A DNA stretch of 63,919 nt, counting the filler, from Choristocarpus tenellus KU-1152 (lineage: Eukaryota > Protista > Phaeophyceae), in NCBI GenBank assembly GCA_964200185.2. It is 10 parts of 10 records of this genome, joined end to end, with 100 filler letters (N's around TTAATTAATTAA, not from the genome) between each part and the next. Parts side by side here need not be neighbours in the genome. Positions count along the whole stretch, not along the records: positions 1 to 4,749 come from CAXNAD020013213.1; positions 4,850 to 9,514 come from CAXNAD020013550.1; positions 9,615 to 17,907 come from CAXNAD020004884.1; 7 more parts are not named here. The stretch is one strand, 5' to 3'. This document shows, one piece after another, positions 1 through 12,568 of the stretch. The translations under genes were made by a program, and so were the position numbers. Below the pieces are notes generated by a model. The model was not told the origin of the DNA, made no database searches, and saw nothing but the letters and a program-made list of their open reading frames with translations. How positions within the stretch are numbered: the first letter of the stretch is position 1; the number at the start of each line of letters is the position of its first letter.

Positions 1-1090
1 TGTAGGAATCTCTCTTCCTTGACCTATGCAAAGCGTTGGGGAGACTTTTATCTCATACACCTTGCTTTGTGCTAGTTGGTTGGTTGAGTGTAGGGATCTC
101 TCTTCCTTGACCTGTGCAAAGCGTTGGGGAGACTTTTATCTCATACACCTTGCTTTGTGCTAGTTGGTTGGTTGAGTGTAGACGATGTTCTGTCCACCTT
201 TGGAAGTGTCGTGAAATACTAGTTGGTACCCCATCATGCAGCATCATTGAACTGAGTGTGTGTAGAACATCAGGTATGTTTCATCCTTGAATGTTGTAAT
301 TGTTGATGAGGCTACACTTTGTATAATGTCTTTTGAGAGACAAGTATATATTACTACTGAGTGTGTTTGAGAGTAGTATACATGTTCTGTCCACGTAGGC
401 TAGTACTGTTGTGGACAAAGGTGCAGCCCTCATTTTGTATTCATGACGTGTTGTTGAGTGTAGACGATAGCATTTGTGAGGGTTCTACCCCATGTATATA
501 TTTGTATTGGGTTTTGTGCTGCTTGGGTGTGGACCATGTATTTCTGTCCACCTTTGCTTGACTAGAGTACCAGTACAGTGAAACACTGATGGATTTTTCA
601 CCATGTCTGTCCTGTTGATTTGCTGATAAAGTAGATCCAGGCATGTCCGTTGCTGGTTTGGAAAACTCAGGTGCATGGTGGTTTTGTTTTATTGTTACAG
701 TGTGTTGTGTTTATATTGGAGTTAGTGTCGACAATGTTCTGTTACCCTGGCTAAAACTATAGTGAAACGCTAGTGGATTTTCCCTTAGTATGCATTGGTG
801 AAGTGTGGGGTTGAGTGTGTATCAGGTAGCTGCTTCTCATTCTTTGCTGATGTGAAGCACCAACCGGACGTCACTCCCAATGATAACCAACTTTGAGTGG
901 TTAGTTGCTGAACTGGAGTCGTGCTCACTCATCTGTTCTTGGCTGCATTGTACAGTGTAAGACTTGTGGATATTTTCGGGAGCATTCGCTTTTGAGTGTG
1001 GCTGGATGCTTCTCATCCTTGGCTAGCACAGAACAAGATCAATCAGTAACTGTAGTAATCAGTAGAAACATTTCTTAACCTGCTTGGAGA
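1..1090. repeat. ~88-bp tandem array: two near-identical units (1-88, 89-176), then strongly decayed units
   Basis: The unit TGTAGGRATCTCTCTTCCTTGACCT...TGGTTGAG is duplicated. GAGTGT-type anchors recur about every 80-105 bp up to about 1 kb. Confidence 0.7.
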
Positions 1091-1309
1091 GACCTTCTGA
1101 ATTCGAATCTTGATGTTTTGTTTGGGGCAGGTGCCACTGCTGCTGTTGCTGCTCATCCCATAGCATATGATGAGGCTGTAACTGTACAGTTGATGCCTTC
1201 AAACAATTTCATGCCGTATGTCATGCACTGCCTCACATTCTATTTTGTTATTCAGTCATAAATCTGAGTTACGCACGTTATGGTATGTCGTTTCAAGTCA
1301 AATATTTAA

Positions 1310-1460
1310 GAGATTAACTGTGTCAGGGGAAAAAACCAATGGAAACTGTTCACATGTCAGAAAACCCCCTAAAAAAGTAACAGTTGTCTTAAATGTGGAA
1401 GACATTAATCTATTTTCTATTTTAGTATCAGCTATGCTGCACCACTGCCTTCCTGTGCCA
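1310..1460 (+). repeat. Dispersed repeat family C; other copies at ~9900-9985 (-), 57228-57450 (+), 61655-61710 (-)
   Basis: Shared TGTGTCAGGGGRAAACCAATGRAAACT motif. Its reverse complement plus CATCTG(G/C)AAAATGTCAGAGGGCATAATAATA is seen in the other copies. Copies lie on four different contigs. Confidence 0.6.
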
Positions 1461-3060
1461 GTGCAGGGTGACCGTTTGTATTTCTGAGATTGGTGTGGGG
1501 CAAATCTTCTAAAAACCTGGTGAGATGACGAATTAACAGAATGATCCAACATTGTACAAGTAGTAGTAACCTAAGACTTGTACACAATAAATTGTTTACC
1601 ATAAATCACAAGATCACACTGAGCACAACTTTTTGTTTTTTTTTCAATCAAATTTCCAGAATTGTATACAATTCTTGTTTCCTATTAAAACCTAAGGTAA
1701 GATCTGCTCATGAAGATGAGCTTGGGGCAGATCATCAATACACAATTATGTCTTCCCTCAACACGTAAGGTGACTTGTGGTAACAATATTCCTTGGTAGA
1801 AATGATTTGAACATCTTCACACTACTTATTCAACCTTCACATACAACATATTTGCACATACCTTTGTCTAGTGATTTGTGAATCAGTTAAACCAAGATTT
1901 GTCTGATGCTTGGCACCCACCAACTGCATTCGCCCTCTCCTCACATCAAGGCAGCTGATCAAGTCTGTCCAACTATTTCCTTTCGAGAAACTAACCCTAC
2001 ATCCCACACATCCACTCAAGGGATACATTGCCTGAGGCCATTCAGAAACCTAGATCATTTCACCACCAATTCCCTGATACTTCAAAGAGCAGGTACCAGC
2101 CGTAACATTCCAACTGCAGCTATTTACAGGAGAACCCTCTCTGACCCATGCATCATGTGGCTCGACATCAAGCGCCAATAGGTTTAACAGCATACACAGC
2201 ACTATGCCGCCACCATGACTTCAAAAAAGGTGGGCGACAATGGGAACTCTTTGATCAGGTTGAAAAGTCTGGTGTAGTGTTTCTTCTTGTTCTTGGAATT
2301 AGCCTTGGGGTTGACAGTTCATCGTGTGGGCCTAGGCAACACCCGGTAGGTCATTAGAATCAAGCTGTCGGACTTCGAATCAGCAGGGGACGTACCCGCC
2401 ATAGCCCTCGCCAGGCAGGACTGGAATGTTCAGCATAGGCTCTGAGCAGACTGGAGATAACACATGATGTCGCTCAATCAGGAAGACCATGTGTCGGGGA
2501 AGATACTCTGTGGTTACCTGAAGGGTACAGATCATTCACCAGCATTCCACATTTCCACTAAGGGTGGTCAAAATGGCATGGAATGACGGGTGGACTCCTG
2601 CAGCATCAACTCCCAGTCCCCCTGCAGCCCGAACAATCACTGTACCTTATCCTGACAACAATCAACCGTTAAAAAAAATATATTGTACAAAAAGTGTTCA
2701 AAATTTCTACCAGAACGAAGAGAATAAGAGGGCTGACACCCTCTCGGCCAGAACCACTGACCTGCCCTCTACACCAACAAAAATACAAACTGCGCTCCAG
2801 TGATAGCCTCCCTGTAAAGCACCACAATCATCAACCTTGGCATCATCCTTCTAACAAGTACATAGACCGTACGATATCTACTCCCATCACAGTGTGTTCA
2901 ACCATCTATTCGCATCAAGGCCGGGTGTTGAAGCAGGGCGTGCCAACACTCCCTGCGTACAATCCCACCCGCAAACTCTTGACCTCCTCATCCACACAAG
3001 CCCCCTCCACCCAAAGTTCATTCCCTACATCATCTTCTCAACCCTCTTCATTTCTCCTCT

Positions 3061-3240
3061 TGTCCCTTGTCTTGCAATGCCTGTTCTCCTGCTTCTGAAC
3101 CCTCTCCCATTCCCCTTTGTCCCTTGTCTTGCAATGCCTGTTCTCCTGCCTCTGAATCCTCTCCCATTCCCCTTTGTCCCTTGTCTTGCAATGCCTGTTC
3201 TCCTGCCTCTGAATCCTCTCCCATTCCCCTTTGTTCCATG
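3061..3240 (-). repeat. 57-bp tandem repeat x3 inside a minus-strand ORF (3048-3461; 19-aa unit QRGMGEDSEAGEQALQDKG)
   Basis: Units at 3061, 3118 and 3175. The unit length is a multiple of 3, but downstream frames are interrupted by stops, so this is probably a decayed TE ORF. Confidence 0.8.
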
Positions 3241-4022
3241 TCCTGCGATGGAGGGGGTGGTGCCATGGCAGACAAACTTTCTCCGTTGCCATGAAACGCC
3301 TTCCGATATTGCTCGAACAAAAGACTGTCTGTTATGGTCTCGTTGACAATGTCTGCACCCCCAGATGCCATATCTAAGTTAGTCATTGAAGTAAAGGAAG
3401 GCCGGGAAAGAAAGAAAGTCGGTGAGAAGGGTAAGTAAGGCCTTTGCATCTCAAACTCCAAACACTTGAGGTGTAAGGTAAGTCACTACCCGAGTTCAAA
3501 CTTACGTATCTACAACGCCTTCCATTCAAGTACTACACACAACAACGAAACATACAGCAAGGATCACCTTTTCACGACCAGACTCGTGACAATTAGATAT
3601 TGAAATGAATATCTGTCTCATCTTTTTTTCTTTTTTCGGTGGAGTAAAAAAAAAAAATCGTGATACTTCAAAAAGAAAAAAAAAATTGGTTGCGGAGCAT
3701 TGAGAAACAAGCGGCCTGAGTAAGTACATAGATCGGTTCTTGGGTGCAAAGCGATTATTATTATTATTATTATGTCCAATGCTGTTGAACGTTGGTCAGA
3801 GGAGCAAACAAAAAAGTTTCGAGCTTGTTCTGGATCCTGCTAGGGGTCAGAGACAAAGAAAAAAAAAATACTGGTAAAAATAAGATTTTGGATTCTCTGA
3901 CTTTTGTTTATCATTGAACGTGCAAGAATAATAATAATAATAATAATATTATTAATATTAAATAAAAAACATAACTCCCTCTGTCCCATGAAAGTCTGTG
4001 CCTTTGTTACGCATGTACGTTA

Positions 4023-4741
4023 CCCTCTTCGGGATGACATCCGATTTCAAAACGGATTTTTGCGTTGGATTCCTCAGAACAATTTTACGTCGAGATGAGT
4101 TAGTTACATTTGAAAAAAGAAAATCACTAATTTGTTCTGAAATTATGGAACAGAGGTTAGGTGTTAGGCGGGCGTAGGCCCACAAGAAGGCACTAAATTG
4201 GTGGATTGATGGCATTGACTAAAGGCGAGGAAAGGTATATTCTAATGAAAAAAAAATGTCAAGGAATTCAATGCAAAAATAGAAACACCCAAAGAAATCG
4301 ATAATATAGGATATAATCACGGGGAACAGATAGCCATATTACAAGAAATACAAGATATTTTTCTAATAAACGCCAGTTTCGAATTAGAGAATCATCTGTA
4401 CAGCAGGAAAGAAAAGGGATGTATATAGGTTATTACATTTAATCAAAATAATAGCGATAACCTATGATTGGTTCAATCTATTATATTTACAATATTACCA
4501 ATGGCTACCTACGGATCAATTTCCCCTGTACTCATGATTGTTTTTATAGGTGTATGCGTGTTATGCATATACGCCGTTAGAAAAAAATATTTTGAGTATA
4601 GAAAGATTGCTTAATATTCTATTATGAATTTTCAATGAAATAGCTTGATTTAAAGTCGTTTTTCTTTTAGAAATACACAAAACCTTTGTATAAAAACAAA
4701 CAAAAATCCATTTTGAAATCGGAGGTCATCCCAAAGAGGGG
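4023..4741. mobile_element. Non-autonomous Tc1/mariner-type element (MITE, ~720 bp) with ~40-bp TIRs and TA flanks
   Basis: Left end TA|CCCTCTTCGGGATGACATCCGATTTCAAAACGGATTTTTG; right end CAAAAATCCATTTTGAAATCGGAGGTCATCCCAAAGAGGGG|TA. The interior is AT-rich with no recognisable protein. Confidence 0.75.
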
Positions 4742-4749
4742 TACTACAT

Positions 4750-4849
4750 NNNNNNNNNNNNNNNNNNNNNNNNNNNNNNNNNNNNNNNNNNNNTTAATTA
4801 ATTAANNNNNNNNNNNNNNNNNNNNNNNNNNNNNNNNNNNNNNNNNNNN
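4750..4849. other. Artificial contig spacer (N44-TTAATTAATTAA-N44); also at 9515, 17908, 20644, 23870, 27077, 52912, 56948, 60548
   Basis: Identical 100-nt construct with stops in all six frames, present 9 times. Confidence 0.97.
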
Positions 4850-5261
4850 GAGCGGAATTTTCAAAAATCGAAACCCGACAGTAACATCCAATGTTCTTAA
4901 ACAGGTGATTGACTGTCATGGGTTTGTGGCGGCGAAGACAGGAGTTAAGGCCAAACCCATCATTGTTGACGATTACTGCTACGTCCACCGCGCTATCCTC
5001 AAGGGGTGCAATAATCAGGGCGAGATCGCAAGGCGCACGTTGCAAATGGAGGATATAAATATCCTCATCAAGAGAAAGGCCATGTTCCTGTGCGGTGTGG
5101 AAGCAGAGGAGTGGAGTGACCGATATTCGTTGCCTCATAACTTGTGGCACATTCTGACAGAAAGGTTCCCCAGGTTACGGGGTTGGTGGAAGATGGAAGA
5201 CGGACACTGTTTCGAAAGTTTAAGTGATATGATGGAGAAGAAAAACCAAAGTAAGAACTAG
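4850..5261 (+). CDS. 3' part of an unidentified ORF truncated by the contig start (hypothetical, possibly TE or virus derived)
   Basis: At least 118 open codons with coding-like composition, ending in TAG at 5261. No motif recognised. Confidence 0.3.
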
Positions 5262-5654
5262 ATAAGTAGAACATCAAACGTTGATTATTTCAACGAATGA
5301 TTAGGGTAAAAGCTGATCTACGTAGATCACTATCGAATAGGTACACTTGATGAATACCTACGTGAATAGTTTGGATCGAGTCAATGTCTTCAACATTGTG
5401 TTTGGTATCGGTGTTGTTGGGTTAGGACATATACACTTGATGGATACTTGTGTCAGTAATCTGGACCGACTCCACGTCCTTTACATTTTTTGGTAACGGT
5501 GTTGTTGGGTTAGGAGATTGTAATGCGATATCGCAACACCTAGTGCCTAGATACGGCCTACGGTCCCAAGGAGCGACTGGCATTGTGGTCTTCATTGATT
5601 TCTCAGATCTTGAGCTTAACCAGAGTAACAGGTCAACCTCTCTTGGTCGATAAA

Positions 5655-6117
5655 TTACATGCGTTTCGAGTGTGTGTAAAATGCAGTTGCTGCTGTGTGT
5701 TAGACCTTGAATGATCTGTTGTTGTGTTTAACATGATTTTGATGGACTGAGGTCTATCCATAGATGTGTGTTATTTATGTGTGTTATGGTTTATAGTTTC
5801 ACCATTGCCTGTTAAAGTTAACATCGCAAAATTTCACACCCAATATCAAATTGACGTTCACATGTTCCTTCGTGACCGGTAATATATTCTATAACTTACA
5901 TCATTTCGAGTGTGCGTAAAATGCAGTTGCTGCTGTGTGTTAGACATCGAATGATTTGTTGTTGGTCTTGTGTTTAACGTGATGTTGCTGGACTGAGGTC
6001 TATCCAGGGATGTGTGTTATTTACGTGTGTTATGGTTTATAGTTTCACCATTACCTGTTAAAGTTAACCGTAGAATTTAACACCCGACATCAAATCGACG
6101 TTCACATGTTCCTTCAT
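5655..6117. repeat. ~240-bp imperfect direct repeat x2
   Basis: TTTCGAGTGTGYGTAAAATGCAGTTGCTGCTGTGTGTTAGAC...GACGTTCACATGTTCCTTC occurs at ~5655-5875 and ~5896-6117. Confidence 0.85.
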
Positions 6118-7922
6118 GTATTGTATAACTTACAGCATTTGGAGGTATTGTTTTTAATTTGATTCTTTGAACACGATGTTTAGCGTGTCTTCTGCAATAA
6201 TTGTGCAGCCTCTCTTCATCACGACAAGTGCTTCCTCACATGCGCAACACCTCACGAGTTCTTCTCGCCTATGTGCTTTGTACTTTAGAGTTGGACGGTT
6301 TCCAATGAAAGCCTTCAGTTTGTATCGAGTCTATGAAAAGGGGAATGTTTTCCTGTGTCACCTACATGTGCAGATCTCCATGTACTGTGTAGTCCACCAA
6401 GGTAATATTTTCACCGTCCAAAGGCTAATTGTTTTATCCTACATATCTAATGCTGCACTCGTCAACATATGTCTTGCCCTGTGCTTTTTCAACGCACTTC
6501 GTTTCACAAGATCAGAGCAGTAGAGCGCATATTCAAATTTCAAACAAAACCTTCTACGCACATTTGCTCCCCAATACGAGTCTGTTACACATGTAAAACA
6601 TTTATCACTATACACACGACATGTGCACCTGGCCGTTTATGTGATGTCGACTATGGTAAAAATGTATCCTATCTCATGTCAAACCATGTTCAAACGTTAT
6701 GCACTCTGACAAATGCTTCAAATGTCATCATATGTACACCTCCATTTTTAAAGTTAAAACAGTTTTTTTAAATGCCATCTAATGCCACATGTATTGACAT
6801 ATACAAACAAGTCTATGTCTTTCACACACTACACTCGATAGGATCAGAGGCAAGGATTAACATCCACTTACACTTAACCCCATGCCTCCGCGCATATTCT
6901 TCCTCCATAGTCCTTTACAATGCTGCCATCCTCCAAATAACCCGTCTCTACCCTCCCAAAAAGACCGAAAGTTGCCATGAAATTCGTGTATTAAAATAAA
7001 ACAATGTCATAATCCACCTGTATTTGCACAATACCCGTTTTATTTGCTCACATCTCTTTCAGTTGTTGCAGCAGTACAATGGGTACAGGACAAACGACTC
7101 CGGTTCAATGTTGGGGCCATCCCCTTATTCATTGCGTCTTCTTCTTACTATGTTTCCGCCTTCACTCCGTCAAAACACGCAACGCTTAAGTTGGCTCCAT
7201 TCCAACTTAACCGCTTAATTACAATTAAATCTCAATAAGAGAACCGGTTCATTGTCACACTACACACCACCAGAGCGCAACAAATATGCTTAGATCATTC
7301 TTTCCGAGGAATCCACCCCATCTGTTCGCATCTTCTCAAGGCATTTGTCATCTCATCGTACATAATAGGTTGCAATAATAACCATTACAAAATCTAAGAC
7401 ATCGCACACACATTGCCATCAACATAGAATGACAATGCCATCCTCTCCCCCAAAAGGAATAGGATATTACTCCTGGCAATATGTCCTAATCCTATATATT
7501 GCATGTGCCACCAAGGAATGCGCTCGCTCTTTGCTTGGTTGTCCTCGCAGCGTCCTGCGCGTTCTTCCTGCGTTTGTGCTCTCAATGTTATCTTGCTTGG
7601 CAAATATTGTCCTATCACCGTCGAAACCTAACCCTACATTTTGAACACCTACACTCCATTAATAAAGGTAAATTCAACAAAGAGGCATATCGTCATCGCA
7701 TTTCAAAAACCACAATAAATGGAGACACCAGCAATTAATCCAACACGATTGATATATATGATGACAAAACCCAAAGAAGCAGCTTCTCAAAGGCGCCCCT
7801 GTGAATTGGGGGTTCATCGCACTCACCAGTTAAGACGTTTCCCCATAATTACATTAACAAATCGTCCATATCGAATTCGAGACCCCATTTCGACGGGGCC
7901 GTACCCTCTCAGATACTTAGAA

Positions 7923-8100
7923 CCTGTTCAAAACCCACCCCCACCTGTCCCAGAAATTGTTCAAGATTCACCCCAACCTGTCCCAGAAATTTCTCAAGAC
8001 CCACCCCCACCTATCACAGAAATTGCTCAAGACCGCCCCTACCACATCACAGCACCTGCCCAAGACCCCCCTCACCTCATCACAGCACCTGCCCAAGGCC
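7923..8100 (+). repeat. 33-bp coding-like tandem repeat (~5 units, PVPEIVQDSPQ-like) in ORF 7719-8144
   Basis: 11-aa Pro-rich periodicity in the ORF track. It is followed by a decayed ~87-bp array (8170-8570) anchored on TCATAG.AAGACT. Confidence 0.7.
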
Positions 8101-9289
8101 TGTTTCAACAGGTCCTGCCATATAAAGGCTTGCTCAACCAATAAACAAAGAACATACAAAGGACTCAGAAGAATAGGGAGTGTCATAGTAAGACTCTCCC
8201 CCCTCACAAATATCAACACAAATGGATATGGATGCAAAATTATAATAGCACTGAACTAGGGTGTTGTCATAGACTCTCCCCCCTCAGAACTAAACACAAA
8301 CAACTATAGGACACCCACACAAATGCCTCACAGTCGCATAGAGGTAGGGTGCTGCCATAGAAAGGATTACACCTTCTCTAGGAACTATGAATATACAAAC
8401 AAACAAGACAAGCATCTTCCAATATCATCAAAATAGGGAGTGTCATAGCAAGACTTTCCTGCTTCAGAACTATCAACACAAACAAGTACAAGACACAAGA
8501 ATAATCTCTCGACAAACACAGACAAAATGTCTAGCAATAACATAAAAGTCTATAAATCATAGCAAGACTTTTCAGTGCGAAAAGGCAGACATGCTATTCG
8601 CCTGTAACATGCCCCCCAGCATGAACTAGGAATACATGTTTCACACTTACCACAGGCGATTGTGATGGATCAAGACAGCAGATATAATCTAAACGCATCT
8701 GTGTTCCCACTTCTCTGTGCCGACGTACCGTAATCCGACGTTACCCCCGAAATGGCCTTAGTGAGACAAATATGGGTGGAGAAAAATCTCTGATTCGACA
8801 ATGGCGTCTTGGTGAACGGGAGCGGTCTCTGTGTTCTTCTTTGTTCCTCCTTGTGTCTTGTTGAGAGTGCCTGTGCCGGGATCTCGACCTGGAGTGGGAT
8901 TTGCCACAAGTGGAAGACCTAAAACAAATGCGTTCTCTGCACCTACCTTGGCGTTCGGTGGAGTGGACACGTTTGTTGCGATGATTCTCTTTTGAGGTGT
9001 GGTACTGGTCTGGAATATCTCCGAATCATTGATTCCCAGCGGAATCTGTGAAATAAAAGAACAGTGTGACACACAAAAACAGATTGGGAATGTAAGTATA
9101 CGAACGGCGAGGAAGAACTACCTAGGCAACGTCTATACCATGATGCTCAGAAACCACTCGTATAAGACTCTAGGTGGATGATGTGGCAGTCAGAGAACAC
9201 TCGTTGTACAACTATAGAAGGATGATGGTTCCCTTGGAGCCACAGATGCCATCACACCCACGGAGATGACGAGGCCATGAAGAAGAAGA

Positions 9290-9514
9290 GAGCCAAAGTA
9301 TCTTGGAGGGTAGCGCCGCGTCCATTTGGGAGCCACAATCCATGTTGCGATTTTGATGTCATTCTTGCTATCTTGTTCGTTAGGAAGTGTCAATATCTGT
9401 GTTCCACACACACCTTTTTCACATCATATACACCATATCTACTCCTAAACATTTTGGAGTAGGAAAATGTCATAAAAGAACCCATGGGAAGCCAATCCCC
9501 AAATGGACAAAAAG
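9290..9514 (+). mobile_element. MITE family B (Sola-like), truncated by the contig end
   Basis: Starts GAGCCAAAGTATCTTGGAGGGTA and is colinear with the full copy at 43693-43956. Confidence 0.85.
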
Positions 9515-9999
9515 NNNNNNNNNNNNNNNNNNNNNNNNNNNNNNNNNNNNNNNNNNNNTTAATTAATTAANNNNNNNNNNNNNNNNNNNNNNNNNNNNNN
9601 NNNNNNNNNNNNNNCTCCGTGACCATCTCCCTGGTGACTCCAGCTTGAAACGCATGACACGTCGAGACAATGCCACTTGCGTAGTCACCGAAACAATTTG
9701 GAGTAGCCTGGATTTAACTACTCCTTTCCAGCCATATCCTCCCGCTCCTCTCCCTCCTACTATGTGGGTAGCCAGCTCATCCAGGAAGCATTCCGCTTGC
9801 TTGCCGAGGCGCCCAAAACCTCGTAGTGGGTGCGCTTTCGCACCTCAGCTGCAAATAGTTATATTGGACACCAAGTGGACAATACCCTGCGGACAATATA
9901 TAATTTTTATTGGTAAATAGTTTTCATTCGTTTTTCCTCTGACACATCTGGAAAATGTCAGAGGGCATAATAATATAAATAGATAATTCAGTGTATGTT

Positions 10000-11050
10000 T
10001 TACCGTGTAATTCAACTGCTAGCTTTCGGCGACGAGTCTTACATGCGCCAAGCTTCTCAACAAGCGACCAGACCAGAACACATCTTGTCAACTTCGAAGG
10101 TTTCAGTCAGCATCGAAATCAGCATGAAATAATATAGACCACAGCCGAAACGATCTCCAAAGCTTTGAGTGACCCCATATTGAAAGGAGCCACTATTATT
10201 GTCGATACCGATCGTAGGATAAATGCTTGGTAACTACCAAAGTTGATAAGGCGAAACCTATATAGCCCCCAGAAACCATTTGATGGGTAGAATGCTTAAC
10301 AGTCAACAGAGTCGAGAAGGCGAAAACAGAGCAGATCCGCAGAAATCATTCGATATGGCTGAGTGTGTAGCCCCACAGGGCAACCACACACACACTCTCA
10401 GAGGATTAAAGAAAAAATATATGTTGGTGGGTGTCCATCTCCATATCAATTCTCGATTGGATTCACATGTTTCAGCGAGAGGACTCTCGTAAAATCACCT
10501 TGGTGGCTTGGTTTAGCAATAGTTTACTATCACAAGGTGATGATCAGGTGTCAAGAAATGTAGGTCTTTGTAGGTGCTCGAGATAGGTAAGCATCGGATA
10601 ACAAACTGATTTGGTATGTGGAAGGGGTTTGGCGTCCATCAACGCGTTCTGAATATCTGTCCAGTATTACGAAGTGTTATAGCGGAGAAAAGGAATATGT
10701 AAGATATTTGAAGTGAGAGGTGACAAAAGAAAATACGTACGTACATGTAACAAAACCACACCACACCTGATGTACCTATATAAGCGAAAGTTTATGAAGT
10801 AAACTGAGTTTTGTGGGCGAAAGAATTCTGGTTGGCTGGGGGCACAGGACAAGGGAAGGTGTGGTGGAAAGAAAAAGAAGGAAGCAGGAAGAGAACGAAT
10901 AGTTAAGGGATGATTGACTAATTGAAGGGGGGAAAGGTTCAAAGAAATGAGTGGTAGGAAGAGGGAAGGGGGAGGATTGATCAGTATTTACTAAGAGGGC
11001 TGGGAACCAGGGGTACAGGATGAGGAGGGTTTGCTGGATATAAGAGAGAA
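10000..11050 (-). mobile_element. Decayed dispersed repeat, possibly the 3' region of a non-LTR (RLE) retrotransposon; a second copy of part of it at ~42940-43200
   Basis: GAAAGTTTATGAAGTAAACTGAGTTTTGTGGGCGAAAGAATTCTGGT matches 42941-42987. There is a weak RMISADLL (RPAD-like) remnant on the minus strand. Confidence 0.4.
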
Positions 11051-12384
11051 TTTTAAGGAAAAATTTTTAAGGAAAACTCTCATTTTTTTTGCACTCCTTG
11101 ATTGAGGTGTTTCCCAAAAGCCATGTTTAAAGTAAGGCAAAATATGACAAAGGCACAGACCTCCTCCAGACCAGCATAGCAGTCTCTTGTCTCTCAGTAT
11201 TGTACTGTGCAGTACGTACAGTATATTACATAAAGTTTAGACGACTGCATTGCACAGATACAACGATGCCTGCGCAGCGGGATCCAGTCGCAACATAAAG
11301 GGTAATACTCCTGGTTCGCCACTCTGTACATGCCATAAGTGTCGCGTTAGTAGCGACTATCTTCATGGCATTTGCTGCATCGTGGATCCATTTTGGGTTC
11401 AGCGAAATGAAACGCGTGTGGAAATTGTGCGTGAGCCCCACCAAGCACAAGACTTTGAGTCCAACACGGCGTCGAAGCGCCACGACAACAAGAACAAGGG
11501 CAAGGGGAAGGTGCTGCCAAATATATCTACAGAGAAAGCCTCTACCTACAAGCCTTGCGATGCTGAAAATCGATAAGAGAGAATTTAAGGGGAAAAGTCA
11601 AAACATCTCTTATAGACTGAAAAGTCGTGACAAGACAATTTACCCTCTCTTATATCCCGTTTTCTCTTATTATATTGTAGGTACACATCGACTTTTTTTA
11701 CAAGATTCAGAAGAAAAAAAAACAGGAAGAAAAAGAGAGGTAACAAATTAAATACGTGAACGAACATCAATACAAAGAAAGAGAAAAAACGAACCCAATA
11801 CATGCTAGCCTCAGCGTGAAGGACCAGAACAATTAGTCCAAGCACAATGGTATATTCATTCAGAGTTACACATCAGAAAATCAGGTTTTATATCATCTAC
11901 ACCCACCAGCAACACATAAATTCCACCACGACTAAAATGGAGGATATCCAAAGAAGGCCGACCCCATACAAACACAAAATACACCTCTTCAGCTACGTAC
12001 GGTCATTTCTGCATAGTCACTGAGGCCACTTTCATAGGGCAACCTGCGATTGCTTTGGCCTCCCTCCAAATAATATGTCAGACGTACATGAAGTGTTTGG
12101 TTCCATCCTCAGACATATCTGTATACCACTGGTTTGGATGTCTACAAGTGTACCCCCTTTTCAGATGGAACAACGAAACACTCAGGTCAAATCGAAGACA
12201 CCACCACTATGATCCTCCGTTTGGAATGTTGTTGCCTCAATGCTTTCACGTGCATATTACCTTCACTACTAGTACTTCTCTGTATGACAGGGGGAGATCT
12301 GAACGTTTATGTTTATAAAACCTGGTGCAACTTGAGGAACTTGCAGTGCTTGGATACAAAGTTGTGTGAAGTGGTATGTCCTCT

Positions 12385-12568
12385 GACCCAAAGTATCTGG
12401 GGGTGGGGTGGGGGGGCGTCTACGCCAGGGTGTCCATTTGGACCATAACCAGGAAAAGTGCACTTACATTATACATCCGATGTATGCAACCAAATCACAC
12501 AAAAATCGTGACATGAAAAAATTGAGCCGAAATGGACAGCTGCCACACACACCCAGATACTTTGAGCC
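12385..12568 (+). mobile_element. MITE family A (Sola-like), complete, 4-bp TSD CTCT
   Basis: CTCT|GACCCAAAGTATCTGGG...CCCAGATACTTTGAGCC|CTCT. Confidence 0.9.

Noticed and set aside
4750-4849. Recurrent TTAATTAATTAA flanked by Ns
   Set aside because: Artificial six-frame-stop contig linker. It also invalidates any gene-neighbourhood inference across contigs.
6150-7700. Possible decayed Helitron/Polinton coding region
   Set aside because: No diagnostic motif could be read in any frame.
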